DNA of 64,000 bases from Fimbriimonadales bacterium (GTDB lineage Bacteria; Armatimonadota; Fimbriimonadia; Fimbriimonadales; ATM1), in NCBI GenBank assembly GCA_051003155.1, contig JBPCLO010000013.1:32001-96000 (forward strand), written 5' to 3'. This document shows, piece after piece, positions 37,805 to 46,649 of this stretch (its first letter is position 1; each line of letters opens with the position of its first letter). Position numbers and translations under genes: made by a program. The notes beneath the pieces were generated by a model. The model was not told the DNA's origin. It saw only the letters and a program-made list of their open reading frames with translations, and made no database searches.

Positions 37805-39178
37805 GTGAAGGCGCCTATCGTATTGGTCTCTGCGGCAGTTCTTGTCGCCTCGTCCTTTGCCGACAAGGTCGACTCCTTCGTCGGTGAGCAAATGAAGCTG
37901 CACCACGTCCCGGGGGTGACCGTGGCCGCTATCCAGGGTGGCAAGGTCTTAAAAGCGAAGGGTTATGGCTTGGCGAGTCTGGAGCTGAATTCCAGGGCCA
38001 ATCGTGAGACGGTGTACGAGATCGGCTCCGTGACCAAACAGTTCACTGCGGCGGCTATCATGATGCTCGTCGAAGCCGCCAAGGTCGGCTTGGATGTCGG
38101 TGTCCGTAGGTATCTGCCGGAAGCACCCGAGAAATGGGAAGGGGTCACCGTTCGACACTTGCTTACGCACACTTCGGGCATTTTTAGTTACACGAACGTA
38201 GTGCCCTTTGTCGCTCTTGCGAAGCGAGACTATACGCAAGATCAGATTCTTCGAATGGTCTCCGACCTGAAGCTCAACTTTACGCCCGGCGGCACGTTCG
38301 AGTACTCGAATACGAACTACTACCTGCTCGGAATGATCGTCGAGCGGGTGAGCGGAGATCGCTATTGGACGTTTATGGAAAATCGTATTTTCGGCCCTTT
38401 GGGCATGGCGCATACGCGCAACGGCGACCCGAAGACCGTCATCGAGAACCGCGCATCTGGCTACTTTTGGAACGGAAAGGTTTGGCTCAACATGGCGCCC
38501 CTGACACCCACCGCAGGCTGGGCAGCCGGGTCGCTTGTTTCGACCGTCGACGACATGGCCAAGTGGGATGCCGCCCTTTACACCGAAAAGCTGCTCAAAA
38601 CAGAGAGTTTGAAGCAGATGTTTACGCCAGCCAAGCTGAAAGACGGCAAGGATGCCGACATGGGTTATGGCTTCGGCTGGGCGAATATGGAGAGCAATGG
38701 ACACCCGCATGCGGCTCACGGTGGGGGGACGGCGGGCTTCTCTTCCAACATCTCGCGGTTTCCGAAGGACAACTTGACCGTTGTCGTGCTAACGAATCTA
38801 GCGGGTTTCGATGCGGGAGCGGTTGCCAAGGGAATCGCCGAATTCTATGTCCCGGACCTTAGGGCCAAACCGATCGAGGACAAGGACCCGAAGACGACCG
38901 CGTTCATCCGCAGGGTCGTTGACGAAATCATCGACGGGACGATCTCCAAAGAACTGTTCACCTCAGAGGCTCAGGGAGTAATCTTCCAAAGGCTTACTGA
39001 GGCGCGCCTGTTCTTGGCGACGCTCGGTCTGCTGAAGTCAATGGCGCTCCTGAAGGACAAGTCCGTCGCCAACGAGCGCACCCTACAATATCGGACCGAG
39101 TTCGAAAAGGGAGGTCTCGTTCTGAATGTGGTCATGACAAAAGACCACAAAATCGCCGCAATTTCCTTCACATCTTAG
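37805..39178 (+). CDS. Secreted serine hydrolase (beta-lactamase/AmpC-like)
   Basis: Signal peptide, SVTK (SxxK), LLTHTSG, YSN, HGG. Confidence 0.9.
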   Translation: MKAPIVLVSAAVLVASSFADKVDSFVGEQMKLHHVPGVTVAAIQGGKVLKAKGYGLASLELNSRANRETVYEIGSVTKQFTAAAIMMLVEAAKVGLDVGVRRYLPEAPEKWEGVTVRHLLTHTSGIFSYTNVVPFVALAKRDYTQDQILRMVSDLKLNFTPGGTFEYSNTNYYLLGMIVERVSGDRYWTFMENRIFGPLGMAHTRNGDPKTVIENRASGYFWNGKVWLNMAPLTPTAGWAAGSLVSTVDDMAKWDAALYTEKLLKTESLKQMFTPAKLKDGKDADMGYGFGWANMESNGHPHAAHGGGTAGFSSNISRFPKDNLTVVVLTNLAGFDAGAVAKGIAEFYVPDLRAKPIEDKDPKTTAFIRRVVDEIIDGTISKELFTSEAQGVIFQRLTEARLFLATLGLLKSMALLKDKSVANERTLQYRTEFEKGGLVLNVVMTKDHKIAAISFTS

Positions 39179-39186
39179 GATGGTCT

Positions 39187-39275
39187 ACCGGCGGTTTGGT
39201 GACCGGCGGTTTGGTGACCGACCGTGCGTCATCACGACAGGTACGTGCCGGGGAAAGTGACGTGATGACGGCACG
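39187..39275. repeat. 15-bp tandem duplication plus inverted repeat in the intergenic gap
   Basis: ACCGGCGGTTTGGTG x2 (39187-39216); CGTGCGTCATCACG (39223) / CGTGATGACGGCACG (39261). Confidence 0.7.
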
Positions 39276-39393
39276 TTCGAGTTTACAGCATTACAGCGAT
39301 CCGTGGGCAAGCGAACGGCGGGCACCGATGGCGCAAGCAGATCGACGTTTGGATGAGCACCAGCGCCACCGCGTTCACCGCCTTAAAATGCGG

Positions 39394-39666
39394 TTAGTCG
39401 GCGGTTGAGGGATCGATGATCGTTGCGACCTTGCTGATGCGGTTGGCGGAGAAGCCGCCCTCGGTGGCGTGCTGCCGGATCAACTCTTCGTTTGCGGCGT
39501 CGTACACGCAGTAGATCTTGTCGTCGGTGACGTAGCTGTGGTCCCAGGTGACACTGGGGCCGATGCTGTTCAGGACCGCGTTCGACTTGCGCGCAACATC
39601 CTTCAGATCAGCCGGTGAAAGCTGGCCCGCCCCGGGCAAATCGCGCTCGATTACGTATTTAGGCAT
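39394..39666 (-). CDS. DUF4242-family protein
   Basis: MPKYVIER..PGAG, W.HSYV..DK.YCVY.A, H...GGF.ANRIS. Confidence 0.85.
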   Translation of the reverse strand: MPKYVIERDLPGAGQLSPADLKDVARKSNAVLNSIGPSVTWDHSYVTDDKIYCVYDAANEELIRQHATEGGFSANRISKVATIIDPSTAD

Positions 39667-39698
39667 ATGCCATTATACAGCCGGAAGATACCTAAGGC

Positions 39699-40562
39699 CT
39701 AGGGCCGCTTATCGGAGAGGCCAAAGCGGCTCGGTGGCCAGAAGGTCAGCCATGCCTTTCCGACAATCGCGCTTCGATCGATAAGACCCCAGAAGCGCCC
39801 GTCGAACGAGCCTGCGCGATTGTCTCCGATCATTAGGTATTTGCCGGGCGGCACCTTCGCGGCAGGCAGGTCCCAGACGCTCTCCAAGTCCTCGTCGGAC
39901 ACGTGCTCGTCGTAGAGGCTGCGTCCAGGTATTTTTCCGGCACTATCGCGGACGATCGGAACGACCTCGCCTTTGTATTCGACAAGCTTGAAATCGATAG
40001 GCTGATTCGAGAACGTCGATTCCTTGTTGATGTAAGGCTCGTTCGCAGGCACGCCGTCGCGGTAGAGTTGACGGTCTTTGATTTCGATCGTTTGGCCAGG
40101 CGTCCCGATCAGCCGCTTGACGTAATCGACGTTGGGGTCGTCGCCCTCGTTGCGCGCGAAGGCCGGCGGTTTGAAAACGACGATGTCGCCGGCTTTGGGC
40201 TCCAGCATTCTGTATAGAGCCTTGTTGACTATGATGAGGTCACCGACCTTGAGAGTGGGCACCATCGATTCGCTGGGAATGCGGAAGGTCTGAACGGCGA
40301 ACGGCCGAATGAGCAGGAAGACGAGGATGCCGGCGTATACCAGCGCGTCGCAGAGGTCATGAATCCAATGAAGGACCCTTGCGCCGCCGAACTTTCTCTC
40401 TGCCGGATGGAGCTTGTGCGCATGGGCGTAGATGCCCACGCGCACAGCCGTGCACACGAGAGCGAAAAGGATCACGGAACTGATGGGTGTCCGAGCGAGT
40501 GTTTCGACCAGATCAAGAAACCACGTCTGCTGTTGACGAGCTTGCGCCAGCAGCTCGAGCAT
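39699..40562 (-). CDS. lepB: Signal peptidase I
   Basis: IPSESM.PTL, YVKRLIG.PG, GDNR..S.DGR.WG. Confidence 0.95.
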   Translation of the reverse strand: MLELLAQARQQQTWFLDLVETLARTPISSVILFALVCTAVRVGIYAHAHKLHPAERKFGGARVLHWIHDLCDALVYAGILVFLLIRPFAVQTFRIPSESMVPTLKVGDLIIVNKALYRMLEPKAGDIVVFKPPAFARNEGDDPNVDYVKRLIGTPGQTIEIKDRQLYRDGVPANEPYINKESTFSNQPIDFKLVEYKGEVVPIVRDSAGKIPGRSLYDEHVSDEDLESVWDLPAAKVPPGKYLMIGDNRAGSFDGRFWGLIDRSAIVGKAWLTFWPPSRFGLSDKRP

Positions 40563-40566
40563 CTAG

Positions 40567-40917
40567 TTAGCGTGCCTCTTTGATTCGGGCTGCCTTGCCG
40601 ACCTTGGTACGCAAGTAATAGAGCTTGGCTCGCCGAACCTTGCCGCGACGGGTGACTTCCATTTTGGCGACCATCGGCGAGTTGACAGGGAACGTACGCT
40701 CCACGCCGACGCCGTGGCTTATCTTGCGGACCGTGATGGTCTCTGCAATCCCGCCGTGCTTGTGCGCGAGTACCGTGCCCTCGAAGAGCTGGAGCCTTTC
40801 TTTGCCAGCTTCGCGCACCTTCAGGTGGACCTTGACCGTGTCGCCCGGGTTGATTTCGGGCAGGTCGGAACGCAAGTTGGACTGGACAACGCTTTCAAGG
40901 ATGGCGCTCTTAGACAT
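40567..40917 (-). CDS. rplS: 50S ribosomal protein L19
   Basis: [33 protein letters not shown]. Confidence 0.98.
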   Translation of the reverse strand: MSKSAILESVVQSNLRSDLPEINPGDTVKVHLKVREAGKERLQLFEGTVLAHKHGGIAETITVRKISHGVGVERTFPVNSPMVAKMEVTRRGKVRRAKLYYLRTKVGKAARIKEAR

Positions 40918-40938
40918 TTCTATAACCTCGCGGGAGGT

Positions 40939-41646
40939 CTATTGTAGCAGTTTCAAGTCGTCTTTTGAAAGGGCGGCGCGAGCGAACAGATCGGGCCTCG
41001 CTTTGCGGGTTAGCCTGAGCCGCTCTTTGCGCCTCCAAACCGCTATTTCCTGGTGGTTGCCGCTCAGCAGCACTTCGGGAACGGAGAGACCCTCCCACTC
41101 GGCGGGACGGGTGTACTGCGGGTACGTGAGGAGGCCGTCGCCGAATGCATCCTGGTCGAGCGATTGAGCGCTTCCCAAAACGCCCGGGAGCCTGCGTACA
41201 ACGGCGTCGGCCATGACGGCCGCCGGCAGTTCGCCGCCCGTAAGAATGTAGTCGCCGATGCTGTATCTCTTCGTCGCGTACTTTTGGGCCACCCTCTCGT
41301 CGATGCCCTCGTAGTGGCCGCAAACGAAAATGATGCCTTCTTGATCTGCTAAATGTGCGGCGGCCTTCTCGGAGAAGAGTGCTCCGGTCGGATCGGTGAA
41401 GACGACGCAGGCGCCTTCAGGCCCAGCGGACTCGATAGCCGCTGCGACGATATCCGGCTTTAGTACCATTCCGGCTCCGCCGCCATAGGGCTCGTCGTCC
41501 ACCGTTCTGTGGTTGTCCGTAGCGAAGTTGCGGGGGTTGATGGCGGCGAACCGGGCGATCCCTGCATCTTCAGCCCGCTTGAGGATGCTGTGCCGCACGA
41601 CCGCAAGCACGGTGTCCGGGAACAGCGTTACGAAGCTAACCTGCAT
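40939..41646 (-). CDS. trmD: tRNA (guanine37-N1)-methyltransferase
   Basis: VDD.PYGGGAGMV, CGHYEGIDER, SIGDY.LTGGE, PQYTRP. Confidence 0.97.
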   Translation of the reverse strand: MQVSFVTLFPDTVLAVVRHSILKRAEDAGIARFAAINPRNFATDNHRTVDDEPYGGGAGMVLKPDIVAAAIESAGPEGACVVFTDPTGALFSEKAAAHLADQEGIIFVCGHYEGIDERVAQKYATKRYSIGDYILTGGELPAAVMADAVVRRLPGVLGSAQSLDQDAFGDGLLTYPQYTRPAEWEGLSVPEVLLSGNHQEIAVWRRKERLRLTRKARPDLFARAALSKDDLKLLQ

Positions 41647-42145
41647 CTTCGAACATGCCCGGTATGGGGGCGACGACTACTTTGCGTGACTCCAAGTCGA
41701 TGCTTTTGACGAACTCGGAGACCGCCGGAATCATCGCTCCGCCCACGCGGTAGATGTCGTGGGCCGGCGCCTGGACAACCTCGTCCAAAGTGCCGAGCAG
41801 GGAACCGCCTTCGTCGAAGACCTCGAGGCCAACCAGGTCGTCGATCATGTATTCGCCGGGTTCCAGATCGCGTTTGTCGTCGGCGTCCACGGATATTTCT
41901 TGGCCGACCAGCGCTTCTGCAAGGACGAGTCGCGAGACGCCTTCGAGCCTGACGCGAGCCTGCTTGTTATGCCACTGAACCTCACGGATTTTGCGTGGCT
42001 CGCCGGCAATCCATATGGTCTCACCGACATCGAAGCGCTCGGGGAAATCGGTTAGGGGCCACACCTTGAGGAACCCCTTGAGGCCGAAGGTACTCACGAC
42101 CTTTCCGATTACGACAAAGTCTTTCGGAGGGGTTTGAGGGTCCAC
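41636..42145 (-). CDS. rimM: 16S rRNA processing protein RimM
   Basis: IGK....FG.KG, EY...DL.GLEV, PA..EFV..ID; operon context. Confidence 0.93.
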   Translation of the reverse strand: MDPQTPPKDFVVIGKVVSTFGLKGFLKVWPLTDFPERFDVGETIWIAGEPRKIREVQWHNKQARVRLEGVSRLVLAEALVGQEISVDADDKRDLEPGEYMIDDLVGLEVFDEGGSLLGTLDEVVQAPAHDIYRVGGAMIPAVSEFVKSIDLESRKVVVAPIPGMFEDAG

Positions 42146-42155
42146 GGAAGCGAAG

Positions 42156-42395
42156 CTAATCGGTGACTACTTTAAGGTAGATCTGCTCGCCGTGCTTAGC
42201 GGCGGCAACATTGACGACCTGGCGCATCGCGCCGATGATCCGGCCGCTCCGCCCGATCACCTTGCCCGTGTCGTCGGGTGCGACCCGCACCCTGATCTGT
42301 GGATCGCCGCCGTCGGTGACTCTTTCGACCTCGACGGCATCGGGCACCTCCACGAGCTTCTCTACGCAGTATCGAACAAAGGGGATGAAGTCCAT
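42156..42395 (-). CDS. khpA: KH-domain RNA-binding protein
   Basis: D.GKVIGRSGR GxxG motif; located between rpsP and rimM. Confidence 0.9.
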   Translation of the reverse strand: MDFIPFVRYCVEKLVEVPDAVEVERVTDGGDPQIRVRVAPDDTGKVIGRSGRIIGAMRQVVNVAAAKHGEQIYLKVVTD

Positions 42396-42397
42396 GC

Positions 42398-42955
42398 TTA
42401 CTCCTCGGTCTTCTCAGCCTCAGGTTCGGACGCTTCTTCGACGGCCGCTTCTTCTGCTACCGGTTCTACAGGAGCCTCCACCTCAGCCGTATTCGGTTCC
42501 TCGACAGGCGCTTCACCGGATGATTCGACGGCCTCCGCTATAGAAGTCTTTTCGATTACAGGTTCTTCCGCAACGGCCGCTTCTGCAACCGGTTCCTCGA
42601 CGGCCGCTGCCGCGACCGGCTTGCGTTTCTTCTCTTTGACGGGCTTCTCGTTGCGGACGCGCTCCTTGACCGGCTTGCGCTTAGGCTTTCCAGCGGGTTG
42701 CGCTTCTTCGAACTCCGACCAAATGCCTTCCTTCTTGAGGAGCCGGATGAGTGTGTCGCTCGGGCTGGCGCCGTTATTGAGCCAATGAAGCACGCGATCC
42801 TTCTTGATGTTGATCAGCGACGGCTCTTTCAGCGGGTCGTAGTGGCCGAGCTGTTCTACAAAGCGGCCATCGCGCCCTGCCGAACTCGGCGCTGCAACGA
42901 TACGGTAGAAGGGCCTTGCCTTCGTTCCCATCCTTCTCAATCGAATCCTAACCAA
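42398..42955 (-). CDS. rpsP: 30S ribosomal protein S16 with long C-terminal extension
   Basis: VRIRL.R.G....PFYRIV, RDG.FVE.LG.Y.P, W...GA.PS.T; TTG start after SD AAGGAG. Confidence 0.95.
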   Translation of the reverse strand: MVRIRLRRMGTKARPFYRIVAAPSSAGRDGRFVEQLGHYDPLKEPSLINIKKDRVLHWLNNGASPSDTLIRLLKKEGIWSEFEEAQPAGKPKRKPVKERVRNEKPVKEKKRKPVAAAAVEEPVAEAAVAEEPVIEKTSIAEAVESSGEAPVEEPNTAEVEAPVEPVAEEAAVEEASEPEAEKTEE

Positions 42956-42969
42956 ATGCGTTTTCTCCT

Positions 42970-44310
42970 TCATCTGCGTCGAGCTTTCTTGCCCCTGAGG
43001 CCCTTCTTCATGCCCGCAATCCTTGAAAATTGTTTCATCTGCCGCTGCATCTCGTCCAGCGACTTCACCAGCCGGTTAACTTCCTGCACGGTGGTTCCCG
43101 CCCCAGCGGCGATTCGACGCCGGCGCGAACCATTCAGTATATCCGGATTTCGCCTCTCCTGTGGGGTCATGCTCAGGATCACCGCCTCCGCCTTGGCCAT
43201 CTGGCCCTCGCCTTGGCCGTCCATCAATTCCTTTGGCAGGCTGCCGACCCCGGGTATGAGCTTCATGATGCTGCTCAGCGAGCCCATCTTCTTGATCGTC
43301 TTGAACTGGGTCAGCAGGGTATCGAAGTCGAGTTTGCCGCTCTTGAACTGCCTCTCGATCTCCTTGGCCTGCTCCATGTCGACAGCCTCTTGGACCTTTT
43401 CGACGAGGCCGAGAACGTCACCGAAGCCGAGGATGCGTTCGGCCACACGCTTACTGTCGAACGGCTGGAGGGTTTCGACGCCCTCGCCGAGGCCCATGTA
43501 CCGCACGGGCTTGCCGGTCACCGCTCGAACGCTCAGGACGGCGCCGCCACGGGTGTCTCCGTCGAGCTTCGTGAAGATCAGGCCGGTGAGGCCGAGCGCT
43601 TGATCGAAAGATTCTGCGACGCTTACCGCTTCCTGTCCCGTTGTGGAATCGGCAACTAGAAACACTTCCGATGGCTGAGTCGCATCGCGGACTTGACGGA
43701 TTTCGCCCATCAGGGCCTCGTCTACCTGCAGCCTGCCGGCGGTGTCGAGGATCAGTGTGTCGAGGAGCTTGTGCTTGGCTTCTTTGATAGCTCGCTTAGC
43801 GACCGATACGGGGTTTTTCTCGCCCAGGTCGGCAAACACGGGCACCTCGATCTGCTCGCCGAGCACTTGGAGCTGCTTGATCGCCGCCGGCCTCTGGAGG
43901 TCACAGGCGGCGAGCATCGGCTTCTTGCCCTGCTTCTTCAGCTGGAACGCGAGCTTGGCGGCCGTTGTGGTCTTGCCCGAGCCTTGAAGCCCGCAGAGGA
44001 GGATCACCGTAGGTGGGGAAGGCGACCAGTTGAAACTTGGTTCCTCGTCGCCGAGGAGGCGCACCAGCTCGTCGCGGACGATCTTGATGATCATCTGGTC
44101 TGGCGACAAGCTCTCCCAGACCTGCTCGCCGACCGCCTGTTCCTTGACGATGAAGATGAACTCCTTGACGACCTTGAGGTTGACATCGGCTTCCAAGAGA
44201 GCAATGCGCACCTCGCGCATCGCGTCGTCGAAGTCATTCTCGGAGATTCGGCCTTTGCGGCGCATCCGGCCAAAGATGCCGGTCAGTTTCTCGGTTAGGT
44301 TTTCAAACAC
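42970..44310 (-). CDS. ffh: Signal recognition particle protein
   Basis: ALLEADV, GLQGSGKTT, DTAGR, TKLDG, M-domain SRRRRIA.GAG. Confidence 0.98.
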   Translation of the reverse strand: MFENLTEKLTGIFGRMRRKGRISENDFDDAMREVRIALLEADVNLKVVKEFIFIVKEQAVGEQVWESLSPDQMIIKIVRDELVRLLGDEEPSFNWSPSPPTVILLCGLQGSGKTTTAAKLAFQLKKQGKKPMLAACDLQRPAAIKQLQVLGEQIEVPVFADLGEKNPVSVAKRAIKEAKHKLLDTLILDTAGRLQVDEALMGEIRQVRDATQPSEVFLVADSTTGQEAVSVAESFDQALGLTGLIFTKLDGDTRGGAVLSVRAVTGKPVRYMGLGEGVETLQPFDSKRVAERILGFGDVLGLVEKVQEAVDMEQAKEIERQFKSGKLDFDTLLTQFKTIKKMGSLSSIMKLIPGVGSLPKELMDGQGEGQMAKAEAVILSMTPQERRNPDILNGSRRRRIAAGAGTTVQEVNRLVKSLDEMQRQMKQFSRIAGMKKGLRGKKARRR

Positions 44311-45235
44311 GGGAGGCTCTATTATGACGGCTATAGGGGTCGAGCGAGGCGAACAGAACCTTAGCGAATATCGCGGCCTTTGCGCGGAGCTTCGGTACCA
44401 AGAACAGGCTGAGGATGCTTGCCAGGCCCCAGAAGCCGAGCCTCAGCGCGGCGCCCAGCCGGTTCAGCAGCCAAGCCGTTGCTGGTGCGGCTCTTCCGTG
44501 GTGTATAGCGAAATACAGCTCTTTCCCCCGATTGTAGTAAGCGATCGACTGCCAGCGGTTCGTCAGCGAACTCGAACCCAGTTCGTGTCCGAAAATTGCG
44601 CCCGGGATGTACCAAATCGACCCGTGATCTTGCAGGCGCGCGCACAGCTCCGTGTCCTCGCAATACAGGAAAAACCGCTCGTCGAACTTCAGAAAACTTC
44701 CGTCCACGCGCCTCATGAGGAGACACGCGCCCATGACCTGGGAGACTCGCAGCGGATCGCTCGATCTGCGCAAATGCCGAAGCGAGACCCAGTAGGTGGG
44801 AACGAGCTTTTCTAGGAACGTCTGTTCGCTGAACACCGCCCACAGCGTCAGGTCCCGGCATGCGGATTCCTGTGGACTGCCGTCCGGATTGCGAAGCATT
44901 CCGCCGCAAGCCACCGCGTCACGCTCTGTTTCCATAAACCCGGCTAGTTCCTGGATGGAGCCTGGCTCTTCGGCCCAAGCGTCTGGGTTGAGCAGAAGCG
45001 CGAACTCGGCTGTTGCCATCCACAGGCCGAGGTTGCCCGCAGCTCCGAATCCGAGGTTCTTCTTGTTGCGGACGACCCGCACGTGCGGAAACGACTCCCG
45101 TAAGAGGTCCGGCGTACCATCGGTGGAGGCGTTGTCCACAACGATCGTCTCAAAGTCCTCCGACAAGGAAGCGATGCACCGAACGATCGTTTCGGCGCTG
45201 TTGTACGTAACCACGATGACGGTGATGGTTGGCAC
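44303..45235 (-). CDS. GT2 glycosyltransferase (WbbL-like)
   Basis: VVDNASTDGT, N.GFG...N.G, LLNPD, FDE.FFLY.ED. Confidence 0.9.
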   Translation of the reverse strand: MPTITVIVVTYNSAETIVRCIASLSEDFETIVVDNASTDGTPDLLRESFPHVRVVRNKKNLGFGAAGNLGLWMATAEFALLLNPDAWAEEPGSIQELAGFMETERDAVACGGMLRNPDGSPQESACRDLTLWAVFSEQTFLEKLVPTYWVSLRHLRRSSDPLRVSQVMGACLLMRRVDGSFLKFDERFFLYCEDTELCARLQDHGSIWYIPGAIFGHELGSSSLTNRWQSIAYYNRGKELYFAIHHGRAAPATAWLLNRLGAALRLGFWGLASILSLFLVPKLRAKAAIFAKVLFASLDPYSRHNRASRV

Positions 45236-45380
45236 AGTGGTTGCCTATAAAGTGATGATCTGGGCCAGATAGATCATACGGTCGTGCAAGTCGCAGGGGC
45301 CCTGTTCGTACTGTCCACCATCGTCCTCTGGAAATCGTAGTTCATGTGCGGCAAAGTTTAGTACACTTATGCCTTCTGCA

Positions 45381-45857
45381 ATGAGCGAAGACGTTTTCCT
45401 AACCAAATCGGGATTCGAGAAGCTGCGCGTTGAGTTGGCGGAGCTCAAGGGGCCCAAGCGACAAGCCATGTCGGAGGCCATCCGTGAAGCGAGATCGCAC
45501 GGCGATTTGAAGGAGAACGCCGCCTATCATGAGGCTAAGCTGAACCAAGCGCGCTTGGAGGGCCGAATCGCCGATTTGGAGCGGGTCTTGGACATCGCCG
45601 AGATCGTGGAGCGGCCGGAAAGCGCGGAGGAGACCGCGCACCTTGGCAGTCGGGTGTCTCTTTTTGACTTCAAGTGGGAAGAAGAACTCGTTGTCGAGCT
45701 GGTGGGGTCATTCGAGGCAGACCCGAGCAACGGCTTGGTTTCCATAGATTCGCCGATGGGCTCGGCGCTGGTGGGGAGATCCCAAGATGAGGAGATCGAG
45801 GTCGACGCACCGGCCGGCATTCAAAAGTACCGGATCGACAAAATCGAGACGCCTTAG
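45381..45857 (+). CDS. greA: Transcription elongation factor GreA
   Basis: AR.HGDLKENA.Y, EADP..G.VS.DSPMG.AL.G. Confidence 0.95.
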   Translation: MSEDVFLTKSGFEKLRVELAELKGPKRQAMSEAIREARSHGDLKENAAYHEAKLNQARLEGRIADLERVLDIAEIVERPESAEETAHLGSRVSLFDFKWEEELVVELVGSFEADPSNGLVSIDSPMGSALVGRSQDEEIEVDAPAGIQKYRIDKIETP

Positions 45858-46648
45858 TCCGTGCCGTAGCTAATCGTCGGCCTAAACAGAAAGGTCTTGG
45901 CGAAACCCGCATCGACATCCGGATGTTCAGCCATCCAAACCTCTTGAGGAATGCCCTTGCGGTCGTAAACGGCGACCGGGTCACGATAACGGTTCGTCGG
46001 CTTGCCTGCCTTCGGCCCGAGACGCCGCCACTGGGCATGGCCGTCGGCGAGCAGGAAGTTCGCGCCGCGCCCGTGCACCCACATGGTATTGGCCTGGGGC
46101 ATGATGTAAATGCCCTTGGGATCGCTTCCCGTGTTGAAGATGCACGGTTCCGACACGGGACCGCACGCCAGCGACGGGTTCGAAAACCAGTCGGAGTAAT
46201 TCGGGAGCTTGCCGAATCCTTCCCACAGCAAGATTGCGCTCGGCGGATCGGCCACCTCGGAGGCGGGGTACTGATGGAGATAACCGTTGTAAGCGTAGCT
46301 GAGCGCGGGCGCTGTGCTGGCGTCCGCTTCCGCGATCGGGCAGATATAATAAGTTGAATCCGGAGCATAGCGGCGGATCGCATTGGCCCAAAAGGAGTTG
46401 ATTCCCGAGGCGGGGGTCCTTGGGAGCCACCTCACACCGTCGGAAGGCATCGCGAGTGCGAAGGTGTTATCCGAATCGCGCTTATAAAGGAGCAGGGCCT
46501 CGCCCAACCGCCGCAAATGGGAGAGGCACCGCGCGCGCCGGGCGGCGTCTTTTGCGTGGGCGAAGACGGGCGCGAGGACCGCCGCGAGCGCAACGAGGAT
46601 GAGCACGACCACCAAGACCTCGACCACCGTAAGACCTCGCCTTTGCAC
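45854..46648 (-). CDS. Prepilin N-terminal methylation / H-X9-DG domain protein
   Basis: RRGLTVVEVLVVV prepilin motif, CLS.L..LG.A...Y, SY.YN, HGRGANFLLADGH; start 46648 or 46654. Confidence 0.85.
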   Translation of the reverse strand: MQRRGLTVVEVLVVVLILVALAAVLAPVFAHAKDAARRARCLSHLRRLGEALLLYKRDSDNTFALAMPSDGVRWLPRTPASGINSFWANAIRRYAPDSTYYICPIAEADASTAPALSYAYNGYLHQYPASEVADPPSAILLWEGFGKLPNYSDWFSNPSLACGPVSEPCIFNTGSDPKGIYIMPQANTMWVHGRGANFLLADGHAQWRRLGPKAGKPTNRYRDPVAVYDRKGIPQEVWMAEHPDVDAGFAKTFLFRPTISYGTD

Positions 46649-46649
46649 G

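Noticed and set aside
37805..39178. Bona fide beta-lactam resistance gene
   Set aside because: SxxK/YxN/HGG motifs indicate the broad serine-hydrolase/peptidase family, without the class C KTG motif
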